Positions 23,681-35,443 of a stretch of 64,000 nucleotides of DNA are shown piece after piece. Origin of the DNA: Carcharhinus amblyrhynchos (taxonomy: Eukaryota); the NCBI GenBank assembly GCA_965287045.1, contig OZ336878.1, forward strand, positions 31,868,001 through 31,932,000. Direction: 5' to 3'. A program made the position numbers and the translations under genes. Position 1 is the stretch's first letter. Each line of letters opens with the position of its first letter. The notes below the pieces were generated by a model. That model searched no databases. It saw nothing but the letters and a program-made list of their open reading frames with translations, and had not been told where the DNA came from.

Positions 23681-24644
23681 TGTTCAGCTAGCACCACTAA
23701 AACAAATCATGAAAAGTGAAAATAAAACAACCAGCAAGTCAATCTTGCATAATTCATTTTTACCATTGAGTGTCTGTCATCACTCAGTTTATTTTCATTA
23801 AACTGTAGTCTTCTTGTTTATCCTCTATATACTTCCCATGTATTGTCAGTTTCTCCCATTAACTGCTTTTAAGTACATTCTGATCAAACGTACAACATGT
23901 TGTTCTCTTTTCTTACCACTTGAGGCTAAATAATACATAAAGCATTATGAACAGACATATTTGTGGGGAGGCTTTCCACACCTTTAATTGTGGTCATTAT
24001 TTAAGAATTATCACAAATTATTGAGCAGTTTGAGACTGCTAGGCTCTTAATGACATATGCAAATTGTATTATAGCTCATCTAAAGTATTGTTTTGTCGCC
24101 TAATTTAGTTCAGGGATTTTGAGTAGTATATTCGTATAAGGTATGTCTATTTGTCTTTTGACATGGTTCAGCTCCCTGCATCTGAAGCTAGACGGATAAA
24201 AATAATTACAAGCTCTATGACTAGTGGAAGTATTCCCTTTTAAATGAGCAATGTAACCAGAATGTCCTTTGCTCTGTGCAAAGCAAATAAATTATTTCAG
24301 ATTACTTGCAGCCTGATTTTGGTTTTCATTTTCTGGGAACGTTGGTGGGATTTCTAGTGAAATTTCTGCTTCCATCCAATTCTGATTTCCACGCAGCAGT
24401 AATCAAAAAAAACTTATTTTTTAAAATATCTAATGAATGCTTAGAAATTGACATAATCAATGCCAGTCTCATCCACTCAATAGAAGAACTGAACATATCA
24501 CCACACATCAGCTATCTGGTGTGTGTGGCATTGAATGCTACTCTCTTTACAGCTATGTACCATTTTTGCCCAGACAGTCTGAAGACCATGCCAAATTTTG
24601 ACGCCTTATTCAAAAAAACTCTTGAAAAATGTATTTGAACCTCT

Positions 24645-24820
24645 GCCTGAGCTAAGTATATTTAAAACAGAGATAGATAGGTTCTTGTTTGGCAAGGGGA
24701 TCAAAGGTTACAGGGAAAAGGCAGGAGAATGGGGTTGAGAAACTTATCAGCTATGATTGAATGGCAGAGCAGACTCGATGGGCTGAATGGCCTAATTCTG
24801 CTCCTGTATCTTATGGTCTA
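24645..24820 (+). mobile_element. CR1 3' end
   Basis: gatagataggttcttg...ggctgaatggcctaattctgctcctgtatcttatggtct. Confidence 0.8.
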
Positions 24821-25222
24821 AGTCTCATTTCATTTTTTAAAATTAATGCTGAATAACATAGGAAGTAGAATAATTACTTTTTACTTAAACTAGTTTCATT
24901 TGATAATGAATTACCGTCAAAGTATCGGCTTTAGTTTTGTGTAAACATAAAAGGTTTAATTGATACATTTGTAGGGCTTAATGATTTTTAATCCGATCTA
25001 ATTAGCGCATGTCACGGTATAGACTTTTTATAAGGCCTTTATAAAATTTTATTTACTGGTCTTTTCCAGTCATTTTACATATTGAAATTTAAAAAATTGT
25101 AGATGGCTCTTTCAGCAAGTGATCTGAATATATGGTGAGCAATTTTCATATGTCTACCTTTTGCTGTAAAATGGGGTATTAGGTAAGTTACATTTTTAAA
25201 AAGCCCTACTCGTTAGTCACCT

Positions 25223-25291
25223 GAGACTCAACTGACTACATTGTTGTCAGAGACTCAACTGACTACATTGTTGTCAGAGCTGTTGTCAGAG
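25223..25291. repeat. Perfect 27-bp tandem duplication plus a partial third unit
   Basis: GAGACTCAACTGACTACATTGTTGTCA at 25223-25249 and 25250-25276, followed by gagctgttgtcagag. Confidence 0.9.
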
Positions 25292-25805
25292 TGGGCGGCC
25301 AATGCTCCCTGTCTGAAGTGGGCAAGTACCTTATTTCAGTCATTCAATAGTGCTCATTGTCATTGTGGGACTTCAATGCCACTTTTGTGGACTATTATTT
25401 GGGCTGCAGGCTGCACATGCAATTTTATCGATCTCAAAAATGTTTTAGTTTATCAGAAATGCAGAAGTGCTCCTCCCTGATGTCACAACACTGCTTTAGC
25501 CTGCTGCTCATCACTGTGCCCCACCCCATCCCCTCCTCTCTCCCCAAGGAATTACTTACTACCTTACTGTCAGCAGGACAGGAATGTCTGCAGTTCGGTA
25601 TAGTGAGTGACTTTCTATCCTCCCACTTGCACACTACCTTGGATGCACTTCTGGAATTATAGCTCCTTGGTATTAAGCTAATGATGACCCAGCCACCAAG
25701 ATAGTTTTGGCTTCGCAATTTGATGGGTAAAGCAATCACAATGCCTGTTGTCCACCTACTTGCTTAATCAAATAATAATTATCTATGTGGTGCTCTCGTA
25801 AGTTT

Positions 25806-26915
25806 CAAGCATGTAAGATCAAAGCACATGGGATTGGGTTTAGTGTATTGATATGGATAGAAAACTGGTTGACAGACAGGAGACAAAGAGTCAGAATAAG
25901 GAGATCATTTTCAGAATGGCAGGCCGTGACTATTCAGGTACCACAGGGATTGGTGCTGGGACTCCAGCAACACAATATATATGAATGACTTAGATGAGGG
26001 AACTAAATGCAATTTCTCAAATTTGCAGATGGCACAAAACTGGGTGGGAGTATGAGCTGTGAGGAGAATGCAGAGATATTTTAGTATGATTTGGACAGGC
26101 TGAGTGAATGAGCAAATGCATGGCAGATGCAGTCTAATGTGGATAAATGTGAAGCTATCCACTTTGGTAGCAAAAGCAGGAAGACAGATTATTATCTGAA
26201 TGACTATAAATTAAGAGAGGGGAATGTGTTGGGTATCCCTGTACACCAGTCGCTAAAATTAAGCATGCAGGTGCAACAGGTGGTAAAGAAGACAAATGGT
26301 ATGTTGGCCTTCATAGTGAGAGGATTTGAGTACAGAGGCAGGGATGTCTTGCTGCAATTATATAGGACCTTGGTGAGGCCATACTGGAACGTTGTGTGCA
26401 GTTTTGGTCTTCTTATTTGAGGAAGGATGCTCTTGCTATAGAGGGAGTGCGGAGAAGGTTTACCAGACTGATTCCTGGGATGGTGGGATTGACGTATGAG
26501 GAGAGTTTGAGTCAATTAAGATTATATTCACAGGAGTTTTGAGAATGGTGGGGGGGGGGGTTCTCATAGAAACCTATAAAATTCTAACAGAACTAGATAG
26601 GGTAGATGCAGAAAGGATGTTCCAGATGGCAGAGGAGTCCAGAACCAGGAGTTATAGTTCAAGGACACGAGGTAAACCCTTTTAAGACTGAGATGAGGAG
26701 AAATTTCTTCATCTAGAGAGTTGCAAGCCTGTGGAATTCACTGCCACAGAAAGCATTTGAGGCCAAAGTGTTGTATGTTTTCAAGTAGGAATTAGGCACA
26801 GCAAAGGGGACCCAATGATATGGGGGGACAGCCGGATCAGCCATGATCATGATGAATGGCGGAGCAGGCTCGAAGAGCCAAATGGCCTACTCCTGTTCCT
26901 ATTTTCTATGTTTCT
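25806..26915 (+). mobile_element. Decayed CR1 LINE (RT C-terminal half plus 3' UTR)
   Basis: ORF fragments WIENWLTDRRQRV, KCEAIHFG and GMLAFIVRGFEYRGRDVLLQLYRTLVRP, with stops and frameshifts. Tail tttctatgtttcta. Confidence 0.9.
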
Positions 26916-28761
26916 ATTAAGAATTACAAGCATCGCAGTTTATTTTATTAAACTTGGGCCAGAGAGCTTTTTGTAGCTTTTACCAATTTTATTTTTAAAA
27001 GGACACCATGTAGTAAAGTTGGATCAGGTAAATCTTGAAAAGATATGCCAATATCTGAAACTGCAAATGTCTGTTATACAGATCATGTTGTTGCTAGGTT
27101 TTCTTACACTGTGAGATTTCCTTCTCTTAATGAGAGGGCAAGTATAGATATTAATGTAAACTGAAATAAGCTCCCTGTAAAACCCATTTGTCTTTATCTG
27201 AAACATGTTGATTTTCTTTGCAGCGTAGATGGAATAGACCCAAGAAAACAATAGCATTATTTTGGCAAATAACACATAAGAACAAACAAGTGAACTTATC
27301 TATCTTCTCATAGTGTAGTAGTTGAAGGAACAGCAGATTAAAAAAAACTCACAGCTCAAACAGTATAATTTTCCAGATTTTCTTTGTATGTATGCTAAGA
27401 TTATTTTCTCCACCACCTCAATAAAATATGCATGTTAATTCTCAAAAATGTGCTACATAAAGTGGCAAATTGATTGATACTGCAGAAGCTGCTTAAGCAG
27501 AATAGAGTGGTGGAAATAAAATCATCTAATTTATCAGGCCATCTCCATTAAACAAAGCCAATCTGCACTGATTTAAATACTTTAGGAATCAATTGGTGTC
27601 TGAGAAGATCTTTCCTATAAAGAAATATCTCCCATCAGTTGCAGCCCTGTCTTCATTAACAGACATCAATTATAGAATGTTACACATGCAAGGATCAAAT
27701 AAATGTTAATGTTTTGAATTGAGAATTCAGCATGTTTTGAAAAGCACCATTTACCTTTGAAACCTAGTACATTATAATGATACAGCACACAGACAACTGC
27801 TGCTGCACTTCCTGTGTCTTGTGTTACATTTTAGATCCCCTGTGGCTACCCACTGCTCAGAATGCAGTAGGACATGTTGCTGACATTTATACTGGAGTAC
27901 AAGTAGTCTTATTCATGGAGTTGCCTGGAGCTAGCATGTTCCCTGACCATTGAACAAAATGACAAGATGCATATCTGACTGCTTATGACCATGATTCTTT
28001 GCCGGAACTTCAGCCCTGGAGTTATCAGATGACTGCTAACAGCTTTTTCTAAAAAAGAATCAGCACACAACACAGTCAAAAACATAAAAATTAGACTCTT
28101 GCTATGCCTGTAAAGCTGCTGTCAGCCTTAAACCTTTATCAAATTGAAGAATGCTATGAAATTTATACTGTGTATTATGCTTGGCAGTGGCAGCACTGGG
28201 GGTGGGGATTGGTGTTGTGAGGAAGAAAAAGGTTTATAATAGTCACAAGGTATCCAATTCCTAGTAACAGTGAAATAAAACTTCATGTCACTGCAATTCA
28301 TATCATGTGCTGGAACAGCACTTCAGTTCATGATGCCTGCAAATGGCAAATAAAGTCTAGCTGAAAATGGACTAAAGGCTGGAGTGTGCTATAAAGATAT
28401 GACACATTTCAAGTTCAGAAGATATTCATAAAAACTGCAGTTTATGATGTCATCTGAATCCATTGCTATATTACTTAATTGTAACATTCACTTTTTTGTT
28501 ATCCTATATGTATATTCTATTATTTCCTGTTAATTAGTTGTGGATCATCATTTGTTGTGTGTTTCCTGCTTAAAGGGGAAGAAAAGTGTAAGTAGAGTAC
28601 CTTATTGGGAGGCTTCGTGCCATTGTGAAAGCATTGCTACCTCTGGGCCAGAAGCTTCAGGTCCCAGTCCAACTCAGGGACTTAATAGCCACAGAAGATA
28701 CGTTCATTATGTGGCCAAACAGGTTGATTATCAACCTATAAATCCTTCAAGAAGAAATTAG

Positions 28762-28910
28762 GGGGCTTGGGGCTAAAGCGATCAAGGGATATGGGGGGAA
28801 GGAGGGATCAGGATATTGAATTTGATGATCAGCCATGATCAAAGTGACTGGCGGAGCAGGTTTGAAGGGCTGATTGGCTTACTCCTGCTTCTAGTTTCTA
28901 TGTTTCCATA
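28762..28910 (+). mobile_element. CR1 3' end
   Basis: gatcagccatgatc...actcctgcttctagtttctatgtttc. Confidence 0.8.
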
Positions 28911-28954
28911 TGCCTAATGGCAGACAGTAAGAGTGGGAGAGTTTCTTGGTCAGT

Positions 28955-29093
28955 AAAATCAAAATACTGTGAATACTGGAGATTTGAAATAAAAACAAAT
29001 GGTGTTAAAAATACTCAGCAGGTCTGGCAGCATCTGTGGGCAGAGAAATAGCATTAATGTCTTAAGTCCAATATGACTATCCTACAGAACTGG
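28955..29093 (-). mobile_element. Penelope-type pseudo-LTR remnant
   Basis: aatactcagcaggtctggcagcatctgtggg... is shared with 37435, 41160 and, inverted, with 32495-32607. The hammerhead position is degenerate. Confidence 0.55.
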
Positions 29094-29169
29094 TCAGCCA
29101 TACTGCAGAAGGCAATGGCAAACTACTGCAGTACTTTGCCAAGCATAGTGATGGACCAAATCAATGAAA

Positions 29170-30329
29170 GGCATTTGACAAGATGCTGCACCAAACAAAG
29201 ACTGATACATAAGATAAAGGTGCACAGTGTTACAGTATTAGCATGGACAAAGGATTGATTAAATAACAGAAAGCAAAGAGTGGGGGTAAATGGGTGTTTT
29301 TCTGGTTGGTGATCAATGACTAATGGTGCGCCTCAGGGATCAGTGTTGAGACCACAATTGTTTACGATTTACATGGATGATTTGGAGTTGGGGACCAAGT
29401 GTAGTGTATCAAAATTCGCAAATGACACTAAGATGAGTGGCAGATCAAAGTATGCAGAGGATGCTGAAAGTTTGCAAAGGGATCTCGATGGTCTCAGCGA
29501 GTGGATTGTGAAGTACAATGTTGGTAAATGTGAGGTCATCCATTTTGGTAGGAATAACAGCAAAAATGGGCTATTATTTAAATGGTAAAAAATTGCAGCA
29601 TGCTGCTGAACAGAGGGACCTGGCTGTCCTTGTGCAAGAATCATAAGAAGTTGATTTGCAGGTGCAGCAGGTAATTAAGAAGGCAATTTTGAACTTCATT
29701 GCTATAGGGATGGAGTTTAAAAATAGCAAGATTATGTTGCAGCTATATAAGCTGCTGGTGAGGCCACACCTGGAGTACTTTGTACTGTTTTGGTCTCCTT
29801 ATTTGAGGAAGAATACACTGGCACTGGAGGGGATGCAGAGGAGATTCACTGGGTTAATTCCAGAATTGAGAGGGTTGGCTTATGAGGAGAGACTGAGTAG
29901 ACTAGGGCTATATTCATTGGAATTCAGAGAATGAGGGGAGATCTTTTAGAAACATATAAGATTATGAAGGGAACAGATAAGATAGAAGCAGGAAAGTTGT
30001 TTCTACCGGCGGGTGAAACTAGAACTAGGGGGCAAAGCCTCAAAATAAGGAGAAGCAGATTTAGGACTGAGTTGAGGAAGAACTTCTTCACACAAAGGAT
30101 TGCACCTGTGGAATTCCCTGCCCAGTGAAGCAGTGGAGGCTGCCTCTTTGAATATTTTTAAGGCAAGGACAGATAAATTCTTGAACAGTAAAAAAATTAA
30201 GGGTTTTATAGTGAGCAGGTAGGGAAGTGGAGCTCAGCCCATGAGAAGATCAGCCATGATGTTATTGAATGGTGAAGCAGGCTCAAGGGGCCAGATGGCC
30301 CTCTCCTGCTCCTAGTTCTTAAGTTCATA
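29170..30329 (+). mobile_element. Decayed CR1 LINE (RT C-terminal half plus 3' UTR)
   Basis: ORF fragments GAPQGSVLRPQLFTIY, SKFANDT and LVRPHLEY, followed by a CR1 3' UTR. Confidence 0.9.
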
Positions 30330-31954
30330 GTTACCAATGCCCACTAAGACCACGGTACCTGATGCAGGATATTTCCTAATAATTTCTAAAGGATTCCAGC
30401 CTTCAGTTCCAGAAGATTTCCTTAGCCACCTATCATTGCTTTATAGGCAGCCAAACTGACTCACTTCCTGTACTTGAATAGAGATGGAGATCTTTAAATC
30501 TCTTTAACTCCCATTGTTAATCCTTCAGTGCAGATGCCCACATACAAACTCTATTATCTGTCATAATGTTTTCCTCTGATTAAAAGGCTGCTACAGAACA
30601 GAATAAGCCCAATCTCTCACATTCCACGGTATATAGGGAGTCATTTGGAGGCCTTTATCAGATAGTCATCGACTGGTTGATGAGGTCAATTTTCAATTTG
30701 GGCTCAATATTAACACTTTTGCCTCTAGAGTCAGAAGGCCATGCCTTCAAATCCCACTCCTGACCTTGCTGTGCACAAAGTGCCTGCTGTGGTTCTCTTT
30801 TAATAATTACATTTATTGGCATTGGTCAATAGTAGGGGTGAAATTGAAATCAATGGGGATCTTCTGGTTGGATCATAATTGGTAGATGGTTGCTGCTGTT
30901 GAAAGCCATTGACAATAGCCCAAATCATCATTGCAGGAGTGGTCCAATCATCATCAACTGCTTCTCAATTAACTTTCCTCGTTCATAAGATTAGGTTTGA
31001 GGCTACAGATGATGTTGTGATCATCATTGAAATGAAGGATAAATATTCTGTATAGTGGACATACGATTGCTCATGAAAAGGAAGGTGACTTGGGCAAAGA
31101 TAGAAATGCTGACTGCTCTTGAACAAGAAATGCTGGGGAATGATAAGCCTATAGTTTTATTGGAACCACTAAAGAATGGAATGAATATATTACGGGGTGT
31201 GCGGTGGATAATTATTACTGTAATTTGTTTAGATGATCATTACGTTAAATACACTGCACCGTCTACACTGCACCATCTGTACATAAACAAGTCAGCTGCA
31301 GATTATACAGATGCCATGTAAGATATGATTGGTCACATTGGGGAATTTAAAATTCCCTTTAAAATTCAGCATTTAACTTCCACCATTTTGTCACTGAATT
31401 GGACTGTGGAGTTTTACAAACAATTATGCGTACATTTAACCTATGTATTTGGTTGAAAATATGAGAGTGGACATTGTGGCATTCGTATTAATGAAGCACC
31501 ATAACTGGACCTAAATTACATGCATGTCTGTGTTCAAAGAAGCACCATCATAGTTGAGTTCTCCTTCATCAATATCTTGAAAGTCACTATTAACCAGAAG
31601 CTGAGCTGAAATAACCATGACAACACCAAGGCTACCTGAATAATGTAGAGGCTGGGTACTTTCAGTGTTTTGACTCTTCCAAACCTCTCTACCAACTACA
31701 AGGATCAACTTATGAATATGATACTCTTCGCAAATCTGGTTAGGTGAAGGCATAACAAAATATTTTAAATTTTAAGTTTTGTTCAGACCAGGAACCAGTG
31801 TAGCTCAGCAATACAGGATTGATGGAACAGAACCTGGAACGAGTTAAGTACTGACAACAGAGTTTTGGATGAGTACAAGTCATAATTGATAGAGGTAGGT
31901 GAGTGATGAGGCTAGTGGTGCACTTGGTGCAACAAGACATTTAAAGGCACATTC

Positions 31955-32190
31955 ACTGACCTCGATTGTGTGGCGTCATTAAACTTCTTGTGACACTACA
32001 TCCAGGTCCTCCGGGCTTGACTCCTGACATTGAACATCATTGTTATCTGCTTCCACTGCCTTTCCAAAGTTTTTCTGAAAGGCCTCTTAGTCCTTTTGTG
32101 GTTAGATCTCTCCAAGTTACCACTTCTGAGGCATCCAGCCTAATATCATTGAACCTTGGAGGTCGCTTTGTCCTCTTGTTGCATTATAAT
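31955..32190 (-). mobile_element. Fossil Myb/SANT (trihelix-like) ORF of a PIF/Harbinger-type transposon
   Basis: Minus-strand reading across a frameshift: RPPRFNDIRLDASEVVTWRD / KRPFRKTLERQWKQITMMFNVRSQARRTWM*CHKKFND. Confidence 0.6.
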
Positions 32191-32494
32191 TCAGTATTCT
32201 TCCTGTCCAGATTCCCATCTGCAAACAGTTCCATTACATGTTCCAGCTAGAATTAACCTCCCCTTCAGAAAATGCAGGCTAGCTTTAAATAGTGTTACCA
32301 TTCGCACAAACTTGGGGTCACTTGCTGAGGCAAGCAGCCACTCAACAATGAGTTTTACACTGGCTGCACACTGCAATCATGCAAATTAGCAGGCACCACA
32401 AGGAAATTAGTGTGCTGCCCACATTAGAAGCATCGAGTGTCAGTCAAATATACTTCACAATTCCTGCAACTCTTGTCCAATTTAATCCACCATC

Positions 32495-32607
32495 AACCTG
32501 AAGCTGGACGCTATTTCTCTCTCCATTGATGCTCCCTGATCTGCTGAATCCTTCCTAGAATTTTCTATTTTTATTTCATATTTCCAGTGTTGGCAATATT
32601 TTGCTTT
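32495..32607 (+). mobile_element. Penelope-type pseudo-LTR remnant just upstream of the exon's acceptor
   Basis: tttctctctccattgatgctccctgatctgctga...atttccagtgttggcaatattttgctttt is reverse-complementary to the 28955 and 41160 copies. Confidence 0.5.
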
Positions 32608-32661
32608 TGTATGCGTAACTTTTTGTTCGTTAGACATCTTAATTTCTTTTTGTACCCACAG

Positions 32662-32761
32662 GCATACAGCTTTGCGATGGGAAAATATCCAAAGACTGGA
32701 CTGCCATTAATGATTGAAGGGTTGAATTTGCAACATATTGGCAAACTACATAGTGGGATTG
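32662..32761 (+). CDS. ERI3: Internal coding exon (100 nt, phase 0 in, phase 1 out) of ERI1 exoribonuclease family member 3 (DEDDh 3'-5' exonuclease)
   Basis: Acceptor context cttaat-ttctttttgtacccacAG and donor ATTG|GTGAGT. Translation AYSFAMGKYPKTGLPLMIEGLNLQHIGKLHSGI closely resembles the recalled human ERI3 segment AYSFAMGCWPKNGLLDMNKGLSLQHIGRPHSGI(DD). The final G would start the first Asp after HSGI in the ExoIII H-x4-D motif. No neighbouring exons were found in the window. Confidence 0.92.
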
Positions 32762-33789
32762 GTGAGTACATTAGACTTGCCATTGATCTAAAATAGACAA
32801 GTAACCATGGAACTATGTGAAAAGAAAAGTCCATGTGTGCCATTTGTATTCTTTTCATTTTAAATTTATGGCTTGGAAATATAGAAAAAAATCTGCAATA
32901 GGCTTTACTGAATTGCCCAAATACTGTTTAAGAATTAGTATTTCCTTTTTGTTTGTGTGTTGCCTGCAATACATCTGTGAAATGAATTTGTTACTCTAAA
33001 ATTTTGCAATGATAATATTTATAAGTTGATTATTGCAGCAATATCTCATGTAAGCAAAATGTGTATTATGACTTGCATAACTCCATATAAGTCCATCCAT
33101 GGCGTAGCTTTCATGTCTCCTTGGTACATTTGCTTTTCCTGCCAGTGATGAGGCATAATACATGCAAAACGTGCAGATTGATTACTGTTTATAAATCCTG
33201 CTTAATTTTCCTTTCTGTTTAGCTTACCTTGAAGAAAACTTGTACAATCTATTCACAACTTTTGTCATAAAGTAGAAGAGGGAAGCCATGTGTGCCTTAT
33301 TTTTAAGTTTTTAATATTTATATGTCACTTTTTATTTCATGGCATAAAATTTGTTGATTTAAATGTTTAAAATATTATTCATATTCAAGTGAAATTTTGC
33401 AGTGATTTTTCTCTTCAATTTTTTTTGTAACATAACTAAACACAACTGGATCTCAGATTTATAAATGTCAGCTTGACTCAATGAGTGGCAATTTTATCTC
33501 TGAATCAAAGAAGATTACTACTTCAAGGCCCACTCCAGACTGTGGGAAGTGATCTGCACTGTCACTTCAGTACAGTACTGAAAGGATTGCTAGAGATACA
33601 GACATTTGGATAGAACTTAGATCAAGGCCCCAGTTGCCTGCAAAAATATTTTAAGGAGTTTGTGCAGTTTGGCAAGCGGAGAGAATTTCCAGGTAAATCC
33701 TCAACTGACCACGAGAAATAAATTAACATGCCATTGATCACACAGGAAAGTGGGAATTGCTAAACAAAAAAAGATCATGGTCTTGCTAG

Positions 33790-34245
33790 TTCACAGTGTT
33801 CCATTCTGGCAATTACATGATGTAAAAATGTAGAATTGTTGATTAAATTATGGCAATCAATCACTGTCAATTAGTCTAAAACAGACGTAGACATAAGACA
33901 AAGAAAACCCACTACTCATGGAAAGCATTGGGATTGGCTCTTCCAGAGCATGCTAAGTTACAATATGCCATCAATGTAGGATATTTTGGATAAGAAATCC
34001 GAAATGGAGTTACAAACAAAATGCAAAAAATGGTAAAGAATGTGAAACTCACTGCCACAAACAGTAGTCGAAGCAAATAGTTTAGATATATTTAAAGGGA
34101 AACAAGACAATCATTTTCAAGGAGAAGGGAGTAGTTGGTTACAAATGGTAGATTTAGTTGAAAGAAGATAGGAGGAGGTTCAAGTGGAGCGTAAGCTACT
34201 GGCATGGACTATTTCCGATTCACCTGTTTCTGTGTTGTATAACCT
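33790..34245 (+). mobile_element. Very old CR1 3' remnant
   Basis: aactcactgccacaaacagtagtcgaagcaaatagtttagatatatttaaagggaaac resembles CR1 WNSLP..VVEA. Degenerate 3' UTR. Confidence 0.5.
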
Positions 34246-34339
34246 ATGTATTATCATGTCACAAATTGCTGTCATGTTTATCCTTTTCTATCTTGATATC
34301 TTTCTGGTAAATCTGTATCTCCTGCATCACCACCATCTA

Positions 34340-34820
34340 CTTTTGGTCCAATATACTTTTTCTGAAATGCGGTGCCCAAAACTGAGTGCAATTGAAGCAT
34401 TACATCCACCTTTTGATAATTCATCCCCATTGCAATAGAGCCAATACTCAATTCACCTTTATGATTACCTTTTGTACTAATACATTAAGTTTTAGTAATT
34501 AGTGTACCAGGATAGCCAAATCCCTTTGCTTATAAGTGTTCCTAGTCTGTCACCATTAAGAAATACTTTAATTTGCCTTTTATGGCGCTAAAGTTGATGT
34601 GAAACTCTATCTGCCACAGTTTTGCCCACTCACTTAAGCCATCTATGACCCTTCCCAGCATCCTATTCCCATCCTCACAACCTACTGTGCCTCCTAACCT
34701 AGTGTCATCTGGAAAATTAGCTATATAACGACCTATTTCTTCATCCAAGTCATTGATGTGTGTGGTGAAAAGCTGAGGCCTCAATGCAGATCTCTGGGGA
34801 ACACCACTTGTACATCCCAT
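34340..34820 (-). mobile_element. Old CR1 RT fragment
   Basis: Minus ORF 34542-34820: SGVPQRSALRPQLFT..INDLDE...NFPDDTRLGG...LSEWAKLWQIEF. Confidence 0.85.
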
Positions 34821-35443
34821 GATTAGATTAAATTTCCCTTATTAATTTTTCTGTCCCTTACCTCCCAATCAATTACCAGTGCGTCCAATTTTGTACACTT
34901 TTTTTTTGCTGATGCTGTATCTTCTCACAGAAGATTGAGTTGCACTGTGGAAGTCCGATTTAAATATGACATAAAACCCAATTCCCCACATTGAGGATGC
35001 ATACCCCATTCTTACATTTTAACACATCTCTCACCATGTTGGGGCATTTAATATCAAGGTCAAAGTATTCATTTACTGAATTTGGCATTTCCAGAGATTA
35101 GGCATAATGTGTGCAAAAATAACAGATTGGTTACTGCTCATGTACCCTGCTTAATTTTCCTTTCCGTTTAACTTACCTTATTATCTGTTACAATATCACC
35201 TGCATCTATCTCTTAAGGGCCCACATTCAGTCTTACCACTTGCTCTTAGACTAATAAAAAAATTATGCTGTTAGTTTTAATAGCCCTTCAGTTTTTTCAT
35301 AATCCTATTCTGTACCACTTACCCCTTTTTTTTCATAATCCTATTTTGTAACCCTTTATCTCTTGATTTCCTATCACTTTACCACTTCTTAAATTTCTCT
35401 TGTTACTAAAATTTGTGTAAACCTGTTCTGTTAGTGTGATATT

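Noticed and set aside
25223-25291. CRISPR-like repeat
   Set aside because: The repeats are adjacent with no spacers, and the context is eukaryotic.
1-32600. Preceding ERI3 exon (..YFKQWINLKK-like) and, downstream of 32761, the final exon (DCKNIANI-like)
   Set aside because: I searched by eye around candidate splice sites (e.g. donors near 4124, 19318 and 25183; acceptors near 56941, 61070 and 61330) without a matching frame. They are probably outside the window, though a manual search can miss them.
33145-33233. Possible C/D snoRNA (GTGATGA at about 33145-33151)
   Set aside because: No proper CTGA D box or terminal stem, and the paralogous copy at 35091 lacks the C box.
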